Below are positions 29,059 through 45,220 of a stretch of DNA of 64,000 nucleotides, one piece after another. Source of the stretch: the human T2T-CHM13v2.0 reference genome, Homo sapiens. The notes under the pieces are model-generated. The model saw nothing but the letters and a program-made list of their open reading frames with translations. It was not told the DNA's origin and did no database searches. The translations under genes and the position numbers were made by a program. Every line of letters begins with the position of its first letter. Positions within the stretch are counted from its first letter, which is position 1. The stretch lies in NCBI RefSeq assembly GCF_009914755.1, contig NC_060939.1, one strand, 5' to 3'.

Positions 29059-29718
29059 GTGGGCGTGTCTTTAAAACCATCACATAGTATCTTTAAAAGG
29101 GTTGGGATTATAGGATATATTTGGTTATTTAAAAGTCTTTTTGCTTTTGACATAATGGAAAAAATTAGTAGCTGCATAATATACCATAAAGTGGATTTTT
29201 CATAATTTTCATACCTACATACCTACCTAGGTTGTTTTCTAATGTCTGTTAGCACAAGTGATGCTGTATAGATGTTTTTGCTGTAGTTCTTTATATTTCA
29301 TTGGGATACATTTCTACAAGTGTGAAAACAGAGTCAAGTATATGGATATCTTCTAAAACTTTTTTATACCTATGGCTATATTCCTTTTTTAAAGGGGTGG
29401 GCCAGTTTACTGTCATACCTATCAGATAACAGATTCACTGAAGTAGCTAAAAATCATGTTTCAAGTCTCAATGATGGTGCAGCAGTGATATAAACAGTAT
29501 GCGATGACTGCTTTCCACCAAAACGGTGCCAGCTGCTTCTTCAATGTCCCAGGTATCATGGGACCTGGTTGACACAGAGCCCTTTCTCCATAGGCTTGGC
29601 TAAAGAAAATCACAACAATAGTATAAATAATATTGTGTTACATAGCATGTATAGATTGAAAATTTATTCTGTATTTCAGTGGAACATTTTTAGAACACTA
29701 TTGCTGAGGTAGTCAAAC

Positions 29719-30356
29719 TGTTCTAGGAGTTATTAAGAAATTATTTTAGGCAGGTAGAGAGGAAAAGGGATCCTCGGAAAGTTTTCCTCTGTTTTAAAGC
29801 AGCTCCAGAAACGTTTCTTGTCTAGTGGGAAAACCTAGCTCTTAGAACTGGGCAGGCAACCTTTGATATGCAAACGCAAGCCATTAGAAACTGCGTCCAC
29901 CCAAACATGACGATTCCTACCGTTGTCTTCTTGCCCTTGCCCCAATATGTGCCTGGCCACATGGCCGCCTCCACATATCCCCACGTGTGTAGAACATTAT
30001 GGAGCCCTGCATTTGCATATTAAAAGACTGGGGTGGGAGGGCCAGTTTTTTTTTCACGGGCTACGCGAATGACCTGCCTGGTCAAACCAATCCGGTGAGC
30101 CCTATGCAAATCAGGCACCACCTCCTCCAGCCTCCTCATAAAATTGGCTGGTATCCACGGCACATGGGATCTATTCTTTTGGTTTTGGACCCCCCCTCCC
30201 TCTGCCTCTGTACAGGGGAGCTTCTTTCTTTCTTCTCCCTTCTTTCTTGCCTGTTAAACTCTCCGCGCCTTAAATTCACTTCACGTGTGTGTCATCCTAT
30301 CTAATTTGGCATGAGACAAGAGCCCTGGTGCTCCTCCACTCATAGGGGCCGTATCA
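29719..30356 (+). mobile_element. LTR9B solo LTR (ERV1)
   Basis: 'tgttctaggagttattaagaaattattttaggcag...' to 'gccgtatca'; 4-bp TSD aaac; octamer motifs. Confidence 0.82.
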
Positions 30357-30744
30357 AAACTACAACTATTATCTTTTCAAATATTTCCTTCCCAAACAAG
30401 TACCATATGTTTAATGTGTGATATTATTATGGTAGTAATATTATGAAAGTGATTTGTAGTATTGCTTAGTTCTTAAAAATAATTGTATTATAATTAAACT
30501 ATCATTACGGCTTAATTTCTCTTCGTTAATGTAACAGTTTTATTAAAATGTAATTCACATACTATACAATTCATCAAAGTGTACAATTCCATAGTTTTAA
30601 TATATTCATAGAATTGTGAGCACACATTTTAGAGCATTTTCAGCACCCTAAAAAGAAGCCCTGTACCCATTTGCAATGTGACTTCATTTATTCTAAAAAG
30701 AAATAATCACAAACACCTCCTTTTCATGGATGCCTAGGACTTTT

Positions 30745-31117
<373 letters not shown>

Positions 31118-31494
31118 TCAGATGTGGAGAAAGAGAGTGCTTTGCCCAATACTCTCAAAAATTCGTCATTGGACACAGGAATGAAAGCCAGCCCTCTGTG
31201 GCCTTAAACAGAGCTATGGAATATTAGACCTCATTTAGAGGACAGTTTATTTCCCTCAGACTGGGGAGCTGAGAGATTTTTTAAAAAGCTCTGTAAAGGT
31301 AAATATTTCAAATATACGGAGCATATTCTGATGCTCTTGATCAGAAGCATCTTGATGAAATCTTTATAGGAGGTTAGGCTGAAAAAAAGAGCTGTGAGTA
31401 ATCAGCAATGTGCCAGGCATCTCTTTACTGACCATAAGTTCAACATATTTTTCATATTGTCTTCCTTTTAAAAAGACAATTCTGGTGACTTCGC

Positions 31495-31801
31495 TTTTTT
31501 TTTTTTTTTTTTTTTTTTTTTGACACGGAGTCTCTCTCTGTCGCCCGACTGGAGTGCAGTGGCCTGATCTCGGCTCACTGGAAGCTCCGCCTCCGGGTTC
31601 ACGCCATTCTCCTGCCTCAGCCTCCCGAGTAGCTGGGACTACAGGCACCCACCACCACGCCCGGCTAATTTTTTTGGATTTTTAGTAGAGACAGGGTTTC
31701 ACCGTGTTAGCCAGGATGGTCTCGATCTCCTGACCTCGTGATCTGCCCGCCTCGGCCTCCCAGAGTGCTGGGATTCCAGGCGTGAGCCACTGCGCCCGGC
31801 C
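31495..31801 (-). mobile_element. AluY
   Basis: Y diagnostics; TSD gacttcgc/gacttcac. Confidence 0.93.
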
Positions 31802-32412
31802 GACTTCACTTTTAGGTCAATGAAATCACTGTCTACTGGTGTCAATAACAAAATGATAAAAAAAAAAGAAAAAGAAAAAAGGGAAGCGTTTTGCACACAA
31901 ACAGAATAGAATTTCAGCTTGTGATGCAGGGCCTCTGTGAATTAATTCACTTCCTCTAGAAGCAGAGGACACCAATTTCCTCCCCCGGAGGTCAGAAGCG
32001 GAAGGGGTAGGGTTACCATGGAGTCTAGATTCTAAGAGACTTTTGAAATGCAATTGCCCTGCCGGTTTTGTTTAGCTACAAGGTTACTCTCAGACATAGG
32101 CAATAATGAGAAAGTAATAGCTGGGATGGTCTTGGGTTGACCCACGCAGATAAGGATCAACTTTTTTTTCTTTAATAGGGGGCCATGTGACCGTGATGAC
32201 TGCTGTTTCTTTCAGATACTTTTGGTGTTGACTGGTCACCCGAATGAGACAAGGATTCTTAGGTCAATCCATTTTCCTGCATCAGGAGACACACGTCAAA
32301 ACTTAGCATCAAAATTGCACCCCTTTCCATGACTCTGTCCCTCTGTAAATGGGGAAGAGAGCTTCCCTTTTGGCCCTTGGGCAGAAGGCTGCTTATTTGT
32401 ATTCAGTGATTG

Positions 32413-33360
<948 letters not shown>

Positions 33361-35714
33361 ATCAAATTGTCTGCTGGTGATATAAGACTTCCTGATTTTG
33401 CAGCAGTAAATAATTCTAATAAAAGGACTCCAGTAGAGCCTGAAGCTATAGATATTTCCATAAGGCAAGCCAACCTGGAGAGTCCCTTTGAGGTGAATTC
33501 TGGATCCCCACACATCTTGTAGAAGACTCAGATATCACCTGCCTATAATTCTTTGTTCAGTAGGTTGTATGAACTGGTACAGATAAAATGAAAACCTAGC
33601 TCCCTCAAACTGGTTCTTCACCTGAACCTGAACCCACACTGAAACACTTGAAAGTTTTGGTAAAGGCACCTTTTTCAGTCTTAAAACAGAAAGGCAGATT
33701 TTTGAAAGCCAGGCAGTTTTAAAATAAATTCTCCTGGAGAAACAGCTGTTATCAAAGTAAATTGTCTCTGTTCAACGCATTTACTGGTTTATATGGCAAT
33801 CCAGAAGTTTACCACCTCTCTAAAAGGTCAGGTCTCTTTTTCTTTTTAAAATTAGACTTGTGTTCATGGTTATTGGTCAAACATATGGTAAATACCTGAA
33901 TCTCTGCAAAGAGATGTTCAAATTTCAAAGTGTTTTTACGATGGTCATGTGCAAGAACACCCTGCATTTAGTTGCACGCTTATATTCCTTTGTTCAATCT
34001 CTCATTTCAGTTTTAAAAATAAATGAAACAAATACATTAGCATTTAACATTTTCTTAATAATTGACATTTTTCAATTTTATGAAGTTTGTACCTTCTATT
34101 TTCAGATTTGTTTTGATCAGGAGAAAGGCCTTTTATCAAAAGAAGGCATCTTGATAATAATACCAACTCTGCTCAATTCAAAATGCCATTTTGAAGAGTA
34201 AAGGACAGCGTATGTGAAAAGTGCTAGGCCACAGTCAATGTTTTCTTCTGTTACTGCTCTTTATATTGTTAAAGAATTCACTGTTAAATGTGTTCTCCTG
34301 CTGCCATGCCTTTCAGGAAACCTGAATATTTTGGAAGAATAGCCATTTTTGATGTCCTATGAATGGTCTTTGAAGGTTCAGCAAGGATATTTGACTAGTG
34401 GGTTTGGTCTTACTTTTTATCTCTTACTTGATATTGTAATAGATATGAAAGGCACACGTTCTCCAGTGTGTGCTGATGTTGGTTGTGGGAGAGATTTGAG
34501 AGCACTGTAATTTCCTTGGCATTTCCCCCATGAAGCTCTGATAGTCCCAAAACCTGCGCTCGTGGCCGCCTGCTGAACGGCTGATAACTGATGAAGTAGA
34601 CCTGAGAAATATTTGGCTCTGCAGGACTTCTGCAAGAGAAGGTATCCAAAGGCACTAGTATTAGTGTGCAGCACCCAGTTGACCTCGGGTCAGCCCTCCT
34701 GGTCCTTAGTCCCATGAGCCAGGCCCCACATGCTGGCCGGCTGGCAAAGTCCGGCTTTGCATCCAGTTATTGTTTGCTCAGCTCGTACTTCCTGTTAACA
34801 CATTCAGTTATGTTCCTCCATCCAACCTTCTAGAGGAGGGGATAGCATGTTGGTCAGAAAGTAGATTAGAAAATGCCTACATGTAGAGTTGCTTGATGCA
34901 TTGCAAGCTTCTCCGTCCCCTTGGGTGGACCCCTAGTGTGCCCACTGGGATGCTGAGGGCAACTTGCATCCAGCTTTATTCCTCAAACTGGGACTTTCAG
35001 ATCCTACTGATGGGAGTATAAGCGTGTACTGCAGCTTTGTAAAACTGCTTGGTGCTACCTATTCAAACTACATACATGCCTACCTTTAACAGGGTAATTC
35101 TACTTCTACCATTTGCTGGTGTCCTTCTCTGACCACTGAGCTTGTCCTTTGTCACACAGCCTGGATGTGATATGCCGGCCATTCTCCAGTCTTCGTGTGA
35201 ACCGCTGGGAGCAGGTCTGCTTGCTCGCTGGCTTCATCGGCTGCATGGTGCAATTTGTGCCTGATTTACTGACCCTCCATTAGGAAAGCACTCCTCTTTG
35301 GTTCAGTTTACCTAATGATAATCAAACCCTATGGTTTATTTTATGTTCACAGCCCTGAATTTGGGTCTGATATTTATTCTTAATATTATTTAATATTTAA
35401 TATATGATAATTAATATTTCTGATATTTATCAAAAATTGGGTCTGATAAAGTAGGAGGAACAAATGTCATTGAGCCATCAGATATGAAAAAGTGCAGCAG
35501 ACAGGATTGGGCTCCTTCAATTAGGCATTTGGGGATATGGTTATTTATGTATGTATATATTTATTTATTTATAGTTTGAGGGTTGGAGCTGAAGGAGTTG
35601 TTGATCTCTACAATGAGCTAATTTTTAGCATTACAAGGAGTTTTCTTTTTCAACAGTGTCTTTATGTGATCTCTCTAAGTCTTAGTATGTGTGCTTCAAA
35701 TTATACAGAAAGAT

Positions 35715-36653
<939 letters not shown>

Positions 36654-38309
36654 GGAAAGAGATATGGTGTCTAAGGAAGATCAGTGAGTGGAAACCAGCC
36701 CCAGGAAAGCTACTCTCTTGAATAAAGAAAATGACTAAGGTAATAGTAATCTTTTTTCCACCTGGTTGCCTGGGCTGGGCATTTTGTCAATTGCTCCATC
36801 ACTACCAGTGGGTTTGCTGGGCGTGGGGCCATGGAAGCAAGTTTTTTCTTTCTTTCCTACTGGTCATGGGAGTTTAGTCATTTTCACAGTCAATTGGAAA
36901 ATAACAGTTGTAAAGGCATTTTGAAGAACACACGCTGGGGCGTTGGGCCACCTTTTCTTGGCTTGAAATTGAGGCAGAGGGGTCAGAATTAACAAAGAAA
37001 ATCATGCAGCCTGGCTTTTATTCTTCAGCAAACATTTCCTGAGTGCCTGCTCTGTTCCAGGTGCTGGCTGGGTACTGGAGCCAATGCATGGTTGACTAAA
37101 GAGCATACAGTCCCTGCCCACATGGTACTTAGATCCATTGTTTAAGAAGCAAGCTTAGACCTGAGCCGTGTAGGAGAATAGCTCACATTCACAGAGGTGG
37201 GAAAGGACAATGTTTTAGTAATTTGAATGGCATTAGGCTGAGGAACAGACAGCAAAAGCAAGGCACAGGGGCGTGTTGGGGGGAATGGGGAGACAAAGGC
37301 CCCATCCCAAGTCTTTGAATGCTCTTCTGAATCCACACACTGCCACTGTTAGCCCCCCTGCAGTTAGGAACTTGCCGGATCTCCCATCAAAGGTGAATTC
37401 CGCAGGAAAGAGATGGGCTTTGAATAATAATGCCTGTGTTACTTTTGTTAATTCTTCCCTGAGCGTAAGTCCCAAAGGCTGGAGAAAAAGCAAATCTTTT
37501 TTCAGTGCATTTCATTTGAAAAGTAAATTTCATCCATTTGTTTCTAGATAGCTCTTGCCTCCGGCCTTGAACAAAATTAATTTTGGAAAATGAATTCCAC
37601 TTGGCAACTATATATCTTGAAACAAGGGCCAGCCTTTAAAAATGTGTTGCAATGTGTACACTTGGAGGCATGAGAAGTAGATACTTGTAAGATCCGTGCA
37701 ATCCTGGTTCAGTATTAGCTCCTTCTCTAAGGGCACCCATAGGGCCCGGTTCTCGGTGAGGGGCCTCCCTCTGCAGGTGGAGTATAAGCATGCAATTCCT
37801 GCTCCCAAGGAGGGGGCTTCTGCCATCTTGGGAGCTGTTGGGGGAAACTTTGGAGACCACCAGGAACCCCTAAAGCCCTTGAGAACTTTAAGAAGACATG
37901 ATGCTGGGGTGGAGGGTTGTGGGGGTGAATGGGATCCACCCTCCTCTACAGGTCCTTGATTTTCCTTGGGCTGCTGTACTAAGGGTCTACTTTCTTCTCT
38001 CTTTCACCACACCCTACCCCCTTCCCCCCATACATTAATGCTTTCCAGTGACATGCTATGGCAAACCTAAAGACCTGCTTGATTTAGTCCTTTAAGCTAA
38101 AGAAATTCAGCCTTCCTAACCATAACTTTCTGTTTGGGAGTTAGAGAATCACAGAATATCACATTGCATGGAGCCTCAGACTGATGGAGAACTATTTTTC
38201 AGTATTAGAGCAGCTTTTCATTACCCATTCTATATATTAGAATGATGCGGGAAGGTGAAGAAAATCAGGGAACTAGTAAAACTGAGAAAGGAAAACAAGT
38301 TGATTTTTC

Positions 38310-39350
38310 ATTAATTCGACAGTTGTGGAGACTCTATATGTAGGTCTGGCCCTGGACTAAGCACAGGCGTAAATAAGACTATTCCTGTCCTCAAGACCCT
38401 ACCCATTTACCAGGGGAGAGAAACATCTAAGCAATTATAATACAGTGCCGCCCAGTATTGTCATGTTCGCCCAAGATGCAGGGGAACGTCCGGGGGAAGG
38501 GCAACAATAAACAGGGAAGAATTTGGAAAGGAGTTGGTGGTGGAGCTCAGTGGTATAAACCAGTAGGTGTTGGAAGCTGAGAGAGGAGTTTTAGGCAGGG
38601 CAGAGCAGAGACAATGTTTGAAGACAGGGAGAGCACAATACGTCCGGCAAAGTGCAATAGGAAGAGAGTATGTCTGGCGTGGAGGGTGTTATGGAGGTAG
38701 GGCAGGAGCAAGACAAAAATGTGGGTAGAGACAGACCAGGATAAGTCTTCTGGGAGCTTGGAGTTCTCTTTCAAGGGATGAGCAGCAGTCGGGGACCCAT
38801 GGATTCAGGTTGGTATTTTAGAAAGAGCCTGCTGGTACCAGGGTGGAGGTGGATTGGAGGGTAGTGAGCCTGGAGGCGGGAATAAAGTGGAAAAGTCCAG
38901 TCTGGTCCCAGCATCCCAGGTGTGAGCCACGTGGCCTTCGGTAGGTCTGTTGCTATGACGTCAGGGGCATGCTGTAATCTGAGAGCACTTGATGGAATGC
39001 ATTCTCTTACTTAAAGACTGGCTGGACCAATTATTTATTAACCATACAGGTGGCTTTTCTGTATACCTTGACTCTGACACTCACTCTTCCCAGCTCTCAA
39101 GTCCAGAGAAAACAAACTAGTTATTGAGACTGTTCCTGGCACTAGTGATATAGTTGTGAATGAAATGGACAAAAGTCCCTTCCCTTGAGGAGCTTCCATT
39201 CTACCGGCGAGACAGAACATAAACAATCGTACACATTAAATGACATTAAATGATAGGCAGCAATGAAGGCTCTGGTGAAAAATAAACATCGGGAAAGGGG
39301 CTTGCAATTTACAATAGGGAGCCAGTAAAGCCGCAATGAGGTGCTATTTT
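38310..39350 (-). mobile_element. LINE-2 fragments
   Basis: 'cctgtcctcaagaccctacc', 'gcaattataatacagtg', 'cccttgaggagcttccattcta' are typical antisense L2 3'-region motifs. Confidence 0.55.
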
Positions 39351-41442
39351 AACAAATTTGACCCCGGAGGGACCTTCACTTCAAGGGCTAAGTTGTTTAA
39401 AGGGAGGGCAAGTGTGGTCCAATTGTGCTTGCAGAGGATCTCTGGACCTTAATGGGGCCACGAGCTATGCTTGCTGTCCCTGGAGGGGGCAGCCAGGCTG
39501 ACCACAGAAAATCTGTGATGGAAGGAGGGTCTAATAAACACTCTCTGTTTCTCAGCTTGGAGCTGATCTTAAATATTCAAAGCAACTCACCACTCCCTTC
39601 TCCTGTTGGCCCCCAGTTTATTTGCTGAAAAGAAAAAAAAGTTCAGCTCAGCTGTAGCATCTGTTTTCTAGTGAAGTCCTTGCTTCTTACTCAATTTTCC
39701 AGCTGGTTTGACTTATCAGTACACAAGCAGGTCACCTGACTGGCTCAGGGCCACACAGTGAGCAAAAGATTCCACCAAAACAGGAACCCAACCTTATTTT
39801 TATTATTATTTTTTTATATTGCACAGTTTCTGGGAGTTCCACAGTTGTGGCAGATGGGATGCTAATCACATTCACGGAAAATGTATGCAAGGAACTTCAG
39901 TGCAGAACTCTGCATCTGGCTCGAGGACTCTGTATGACTCGACTTCCCTAGTGGAAGGGGGAAAGCAGAGAAACACCCTCCTCCATCCATTAAAAGGCCA
40001 TTTTGCACATGACTTGAAGACTCCCCAGTTGGAGGCCCTCGTTCCAGTGCAGCTGCATTTTGGGTTGCATCCTCTTCAAAGCCCACACCCCAAGGTGTGG
40101 CCTTGCCCAGTTAATTTATTTTTTCTTTCCCCACTTCCCTTCTTCTCATCCCTGTTCCTCCTGCCGCCGGGCAATTTCAAGTTCATAAGCAAGCTGCTAC
40201 AGTGTTAGGGACTTTCTGGGTAGAAATGGCATGCGGTTGCTGGTGAAATCTTACCAGTATTTGCGGTGAGGTTGAGATTGACACAGGTTTAGAAAATATA
40301 AAAATCACCTATGGGCCCTCTCATTTGTGATTCTCCTTTTTGTTTGCAGTAACCTTTGGGTTAAGTCTTTCAAGCTAATCCATTCAGCTTCAGTCCTTTA
40401 ACCCTTTGATGTTTGTTATCTATTTAAGCTACAAGAACCTTATCTTCAAATGAAGATTAATGTGAAAACAAACTGGTTGTGGCTTTCACAGAAGTTCCAT
40501 TGGATCCAAAGCCCCTGCCCAACAGGCTTCTCCTGTCCCCTCTCCACACATCCCCTTTGTGACTCAGGGCCTGTGGAACCTTAGGCAAAGGTCTTTAACT
40601 CTCTGAGCCTCAGTGTTCTCATCTGTCATTTGGGCACAATTATATGCACCTCTTGGGGTGTTGGTGGGGATGAATGAAATGGTACATACCCAGTGACTTG
40701 CACACTGAATGGTCAATTAGTCTTTTCTTCTTGACTCATTCTGAGGTGGGTTCTAAGTGGCCATCTTGATTTTTTGTCAATACTACTGCTTAAGTGAATC
40801 CCTGGAGTCATAGTCTGAAACCCTAAGTATACCCTTCCCAATTCCCTACTTTACCAGACTAAGCCCTTCACTCAGGTAGTTCATTTCTTATTTTTATTAT
40901 TTTCCCTGTCTTTCTAGGTACCCCCAGGGTTTCCTTCCTGGCTCCCTTCTCTAACCTCATTCAGTCACCAATGTAAAGTTTTCCTTTTTATTTTGAGAAT
41001 GTCAAACATGTAAAGGTAGAATAGTCCAGAGTGAATATTACAGTGGACACTATATATCCATCAACTGGAATTAACAACTATTGACAGTATTAACATTCAT
41101 TATCGTATATTCTTCATCTTTTTTTGCTAAAATATTTTAGAGCAAATCTAAACAATTATGAATTTCATTGATAGTTTTTCATGTACATATATATCACTAA
41201 AAAATAAGAACATCTTAAATATTCACAGTAACTTAATCATACTGTACAAAATAAAAACCCAAGAATTTATTAATGTCATCTACCACCCAGTCCATATTCA
41301 ATGTCTTTTCATACATGGTTTGTTAGAATCAGAATCCGAATAAAGCCCATACGTTAGCTTTGGTTCTTTCAATCGCCAATTCCGCCCTTCCCCAGTTTAT
41401 TCTGCCATGACAAGTCGTGATCACTGGGTTTATACTCTCCTC

Positions 41443-41571
41443 TTTTTTTTTTTTTTTAATTTTACTTTAAGTTTTAGGGTACATGTGCACAACGTGCAGG
41501 TTAGTTACATATGTATACATGCGCCATGTTGGTGTGCTGCACCCATTGACTCGTCATTTAACATTAGGTAT
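41443..41571 (-). mobile_element. Very short young L1PA 3' end
   Basis: 'ttttactttaagttttagggtacatgtgcacaacgtgcaggttagttacatatgtatacatg'. Confidence 0.92.
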
Positions 41572-41765
41572 TGGGAGGAGTCAAAAGGCAAGGTCAAAGG
41601 TTAAAGATCGTCTCTGTCTTGACAGGTATTTTGATGGCTCTCCATTGCGTATTTGTAAGTGTCTAAACCCTTCCATTTACACTTTAACACATCAACTTTT
41701 CATTCTTTTACAGAAGAGACACTTTGTTGCAGGGACTTTCTGAGGACCATGATGAGAAGAACTAA

Positions 41766-42126
<361 letters not shown>

Positions 42127-43214
42127 AAGTTTATGGATTCTTAATTGGTAGTGATCATTATGATCATTGCATCTTAGAAAGCGGGTCTTTGGGTCAGCGG
42201 ACTTACACTGGAAATCTGCATTTTCTCCTCGTCATCAAGCATGTTACTGAAGGAGCATCTCTGAGTCTCCCTTTCATCAGTGATGAAGTGAGAGTGATAT
42301 GATCTCTTAGCACTTTGAGAAAGAGAGATGCTGTGGATAAAACACATATAGCATTACTGGACACAAAATAGGCCTTCAACAAATGGTAGTATATATACCA
42401 CATACGTAAAATACATATCATCCATGACCACCCGTCTTATTTCTCTCTCTCTGTCTGTCCCTCCCTCCCTAGCTTTATCTTCCCTGTCTTTCAATTCCTG
42501 CTGCATGTGGATAGGACTCTAAATACATTTCAGTGTATACATGGTATAATGGAAAGAATCTTTGTTGAGTATTCTAGGTCTGAACTCATCTTTTAGTAGT
42601 AATCTACCCTCAGGCAATTCATGCTACTTGCTTGAGCGCAGTTTATTCACTTGTGAAACAGGAATAATTGTGTCTGTTCTGAGACCCTTACAAGGTGAGT
42701 GTGATGCTCACGTAGGTGCCACAGGGTGAGAGGGCTTTGAGACGGTGAAAGCGCCAACTGACAGGCTAAGTCCGAAGTACACTGAGAGGGCTTTAAAGAA
42801 ACGAATACAAATTCCAATGACATGAAGTAATTCATAAGCATTGTCTTTTAAAAAAAATCATGTTCATCTTCTCTGGTTTACTTGGTTTTCTTTGCCATTG
42901 AATTATTCCACCAGGATTTGCTCTCTTTTGAGGATCAAGAGCCACAGAATGCTAAAGGGAGGCAGAGTCTCGGAGGTCCCCTGTGAAGTGGGAAATCACC
43001 TGGATGCAGTGGGGCCCTTCAAGTGCATCACCAAAAAAAACCATCCCAGAAGGTAGGGAACAGAAAGCCTCAAATACCAAATTAAGATGTTCTCATCAGA
43101 CAGCTTAATAAACTAGTTTAAAACACACAGAAGTAAGGGGAAAGAGATGAAGACTAACACACCTGGGGTAGGGTACAGGCAGGGTTGAAAGGGCCAGACT
43201 CCAGTCTTGTATTA

Positions 43215-43765
43215 CAGGGGTCCCCAACCCCCCAGCCATAGACTGGTACTGGTACCAGTCCGTGGCCTGTTTGGAACTGGGCCACACAGCAGGAGGTGAG
43301 TGGTGGGCGGACGAGCAAGCAAAGCTTCATCTGTATTTACAGCCAGTCCCCAGAGCTCACATGACCCCTGAGCTCCACCTCCTGTCAGATCAATGGTGGC
43401 ATTAGGTTCTCATAGGAGCAGGAACCTATGATAATTGTGAACTGCACGTGTGAGGGATCTAGGCTGTGTGCTCCTTATGAGAATCTAATGCCTGATGATC
43501 TTCACCCTCTCCCATCACCCTTGGATTGGACTGTCTAGTTGCAAGAACACAAGCTCAGGGCTCCCACTGATTCTATATTATGGTGAGTTGTATAATTATT
43601 TCATTATATATTACAATACAATAATAATAGAAATAAAATGCACAATAAATGTAATGCGCTTGGATCATCCTGAAACTATCACCCTGCCACCCCAGTCCTT
43701 GGAAAAATTGTCAAATTGTCTTCCACGAAACCAGTCCGTGCTGCCAAAAAGGTTGAGGACCACTG
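43215..43765 (+). mobile_element. MER1A (hAT-Charlie)
   Basis: caggggtccccaaccccc ... ccaaaaaggttgaggaccactg; TSD ttgtatta/ctgtgtta. Confidence 0.9.
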
Positions 43766-43999
43766 CTGTGTTAGACGATATGTATAGCCCCCCACCCCCT
43801 TTCTCTGTGTCTGTCTCTCACTCTCACACTCTGACACTGGGGTTATGAAGAGGACAAGATTTAATAACAAGGGGGCCAACAGATGGAAGGTACCTGAGGC
43901 AGACACACGCATTTGTTTTTGTGAGCCATGGAGACAGGTGTGCTTGGTCCCAGCCGCAGCTTGCCAGTGAGCCGGCTGGCTTTTATCTGTGTTTCAGGC

Positions 44000-44449
44000 C
44001 AATGATCCTCAACCTTTTTGGCACCAGGGACCAGTTTCATGGAAGACAATTTTTCCATGAATCAAGGGTGGGGTAGGATTCAGTGCATTACATTTATTGT
44101 ATACTTTATTTCTATTATTACATTTTAATATATAATGAAATAATTATACAACTCCTCATAATGTAGAATCAATGCCCTGAACTTGTTTTCCTGCAAATAG
44201 ATAGTTCCTCTGGAGGTGATGGGAGACAGTGACAAATCATCAGGCATTAGATTCTCATAAGGCACACGCAACCTAGATTCCTCGCGTGCGCAGTTCACAG
44301 GAGGATTTGTGCTCCTATGAGAATCTAATGCTGCGGCTGATCTAACAGGAGACGGGGCTCAGGGGGTTAATGCTTGCTTGCTCACTGCTCACCTTCTGCT
44401 GTGGAGCCCAGTTCCTAACAGGCAGGAGCCCAGGAGTTGAGGACCCCTG
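44000..44449 (-). mobile_element. MER1A (hAT-Charlie), opposite orientation to the neighbouring copy
   Basis: 'cctcaacctttttggcaccagggaccagtttcatggaagacaattttt' ... 'gttgaggacccctg'. Confidence 0.88.
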
Positions 44450-44994
44450 TTTTAGCCAGAGGATAGGCAGAACCAAAATGGGTGTTCCCCATGAGTGGGC
44501 AATTTAAGTCCCAGTGAATTTTGAGTGCCTCAAGTATATTTAGTGTAACTTTTGATCCTTCCATCTTTCCCATCTTCCACCTGCACCCATGTGCTCAGCC
44601 TACCTCATCTTTGTGTAACTCACCTCACTCTACTTCATTTCTTCTATGATCATTGGCCTGTTTCTGTTATTTTCTAGAGATGCATCGAACATCTTTAAAC
44701 AATAGAGCCAACATCTATCACAGCACATATTCCAGCACTCTCATGTGAAACAAGTGTGAACTGAGGACCTGAGTGCAGTGTGAGAGAAGCAAGCCTGGGA
44801 CATAGCCCTTCTTACTCCTAGTTCAACACAATCCCCATGATCTTTTAACTTTCTTCCTGTTCTCAGGGTGAGATAAAGAGGAATAGAGACCTGGCTAAGC
44901 CATCTGAAACAAACAGACAAGCAACTCAGCACTACAATGGGACTTTTTGGATATATTTGGAGGCAAAGGAATATCAGTTCTTGTCAACCTTCAT

Positions 44995-45220
44995 TTTGCA
45001 GACTGTGTGATGTAGCAGAAAAAAGCCAGAGAGATGTGGGTGGAAACCCCAGCCTTTCTATTTGGCGAAATAACTTGACCCTGGGAGAGTTCCTCCTTTT
45101 TTAGCCTACAAAATTAGTAGGAGAATAGAGTTATTATGAAAATTATACGAGAAAGAGTATGCAAAGTGCTAATCATTGAGACTGGCTTAAAGCTAGGACT
45201 CAAATAAATATGAGTTCTGC
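44995..45220 (+). mobile_element. MIR
   Basis: 'gtgatgtagcagaaaaa...tatgcaaagtgct...taggactcaaataaatatgagtt'. Confidence 0.55.

Noticed and set aside
34088-34203. Possible exon (ttctattttcag acceptor ... gtaaag donor)
   Set aside because: Weak donor, MIR-like content, unrecognised peptide and no partner exons.
39478-39494. CTCF-like ccctggagggggcagcc
   Set aside because: Mismatches at core positions; motif-only evidence is too weak.
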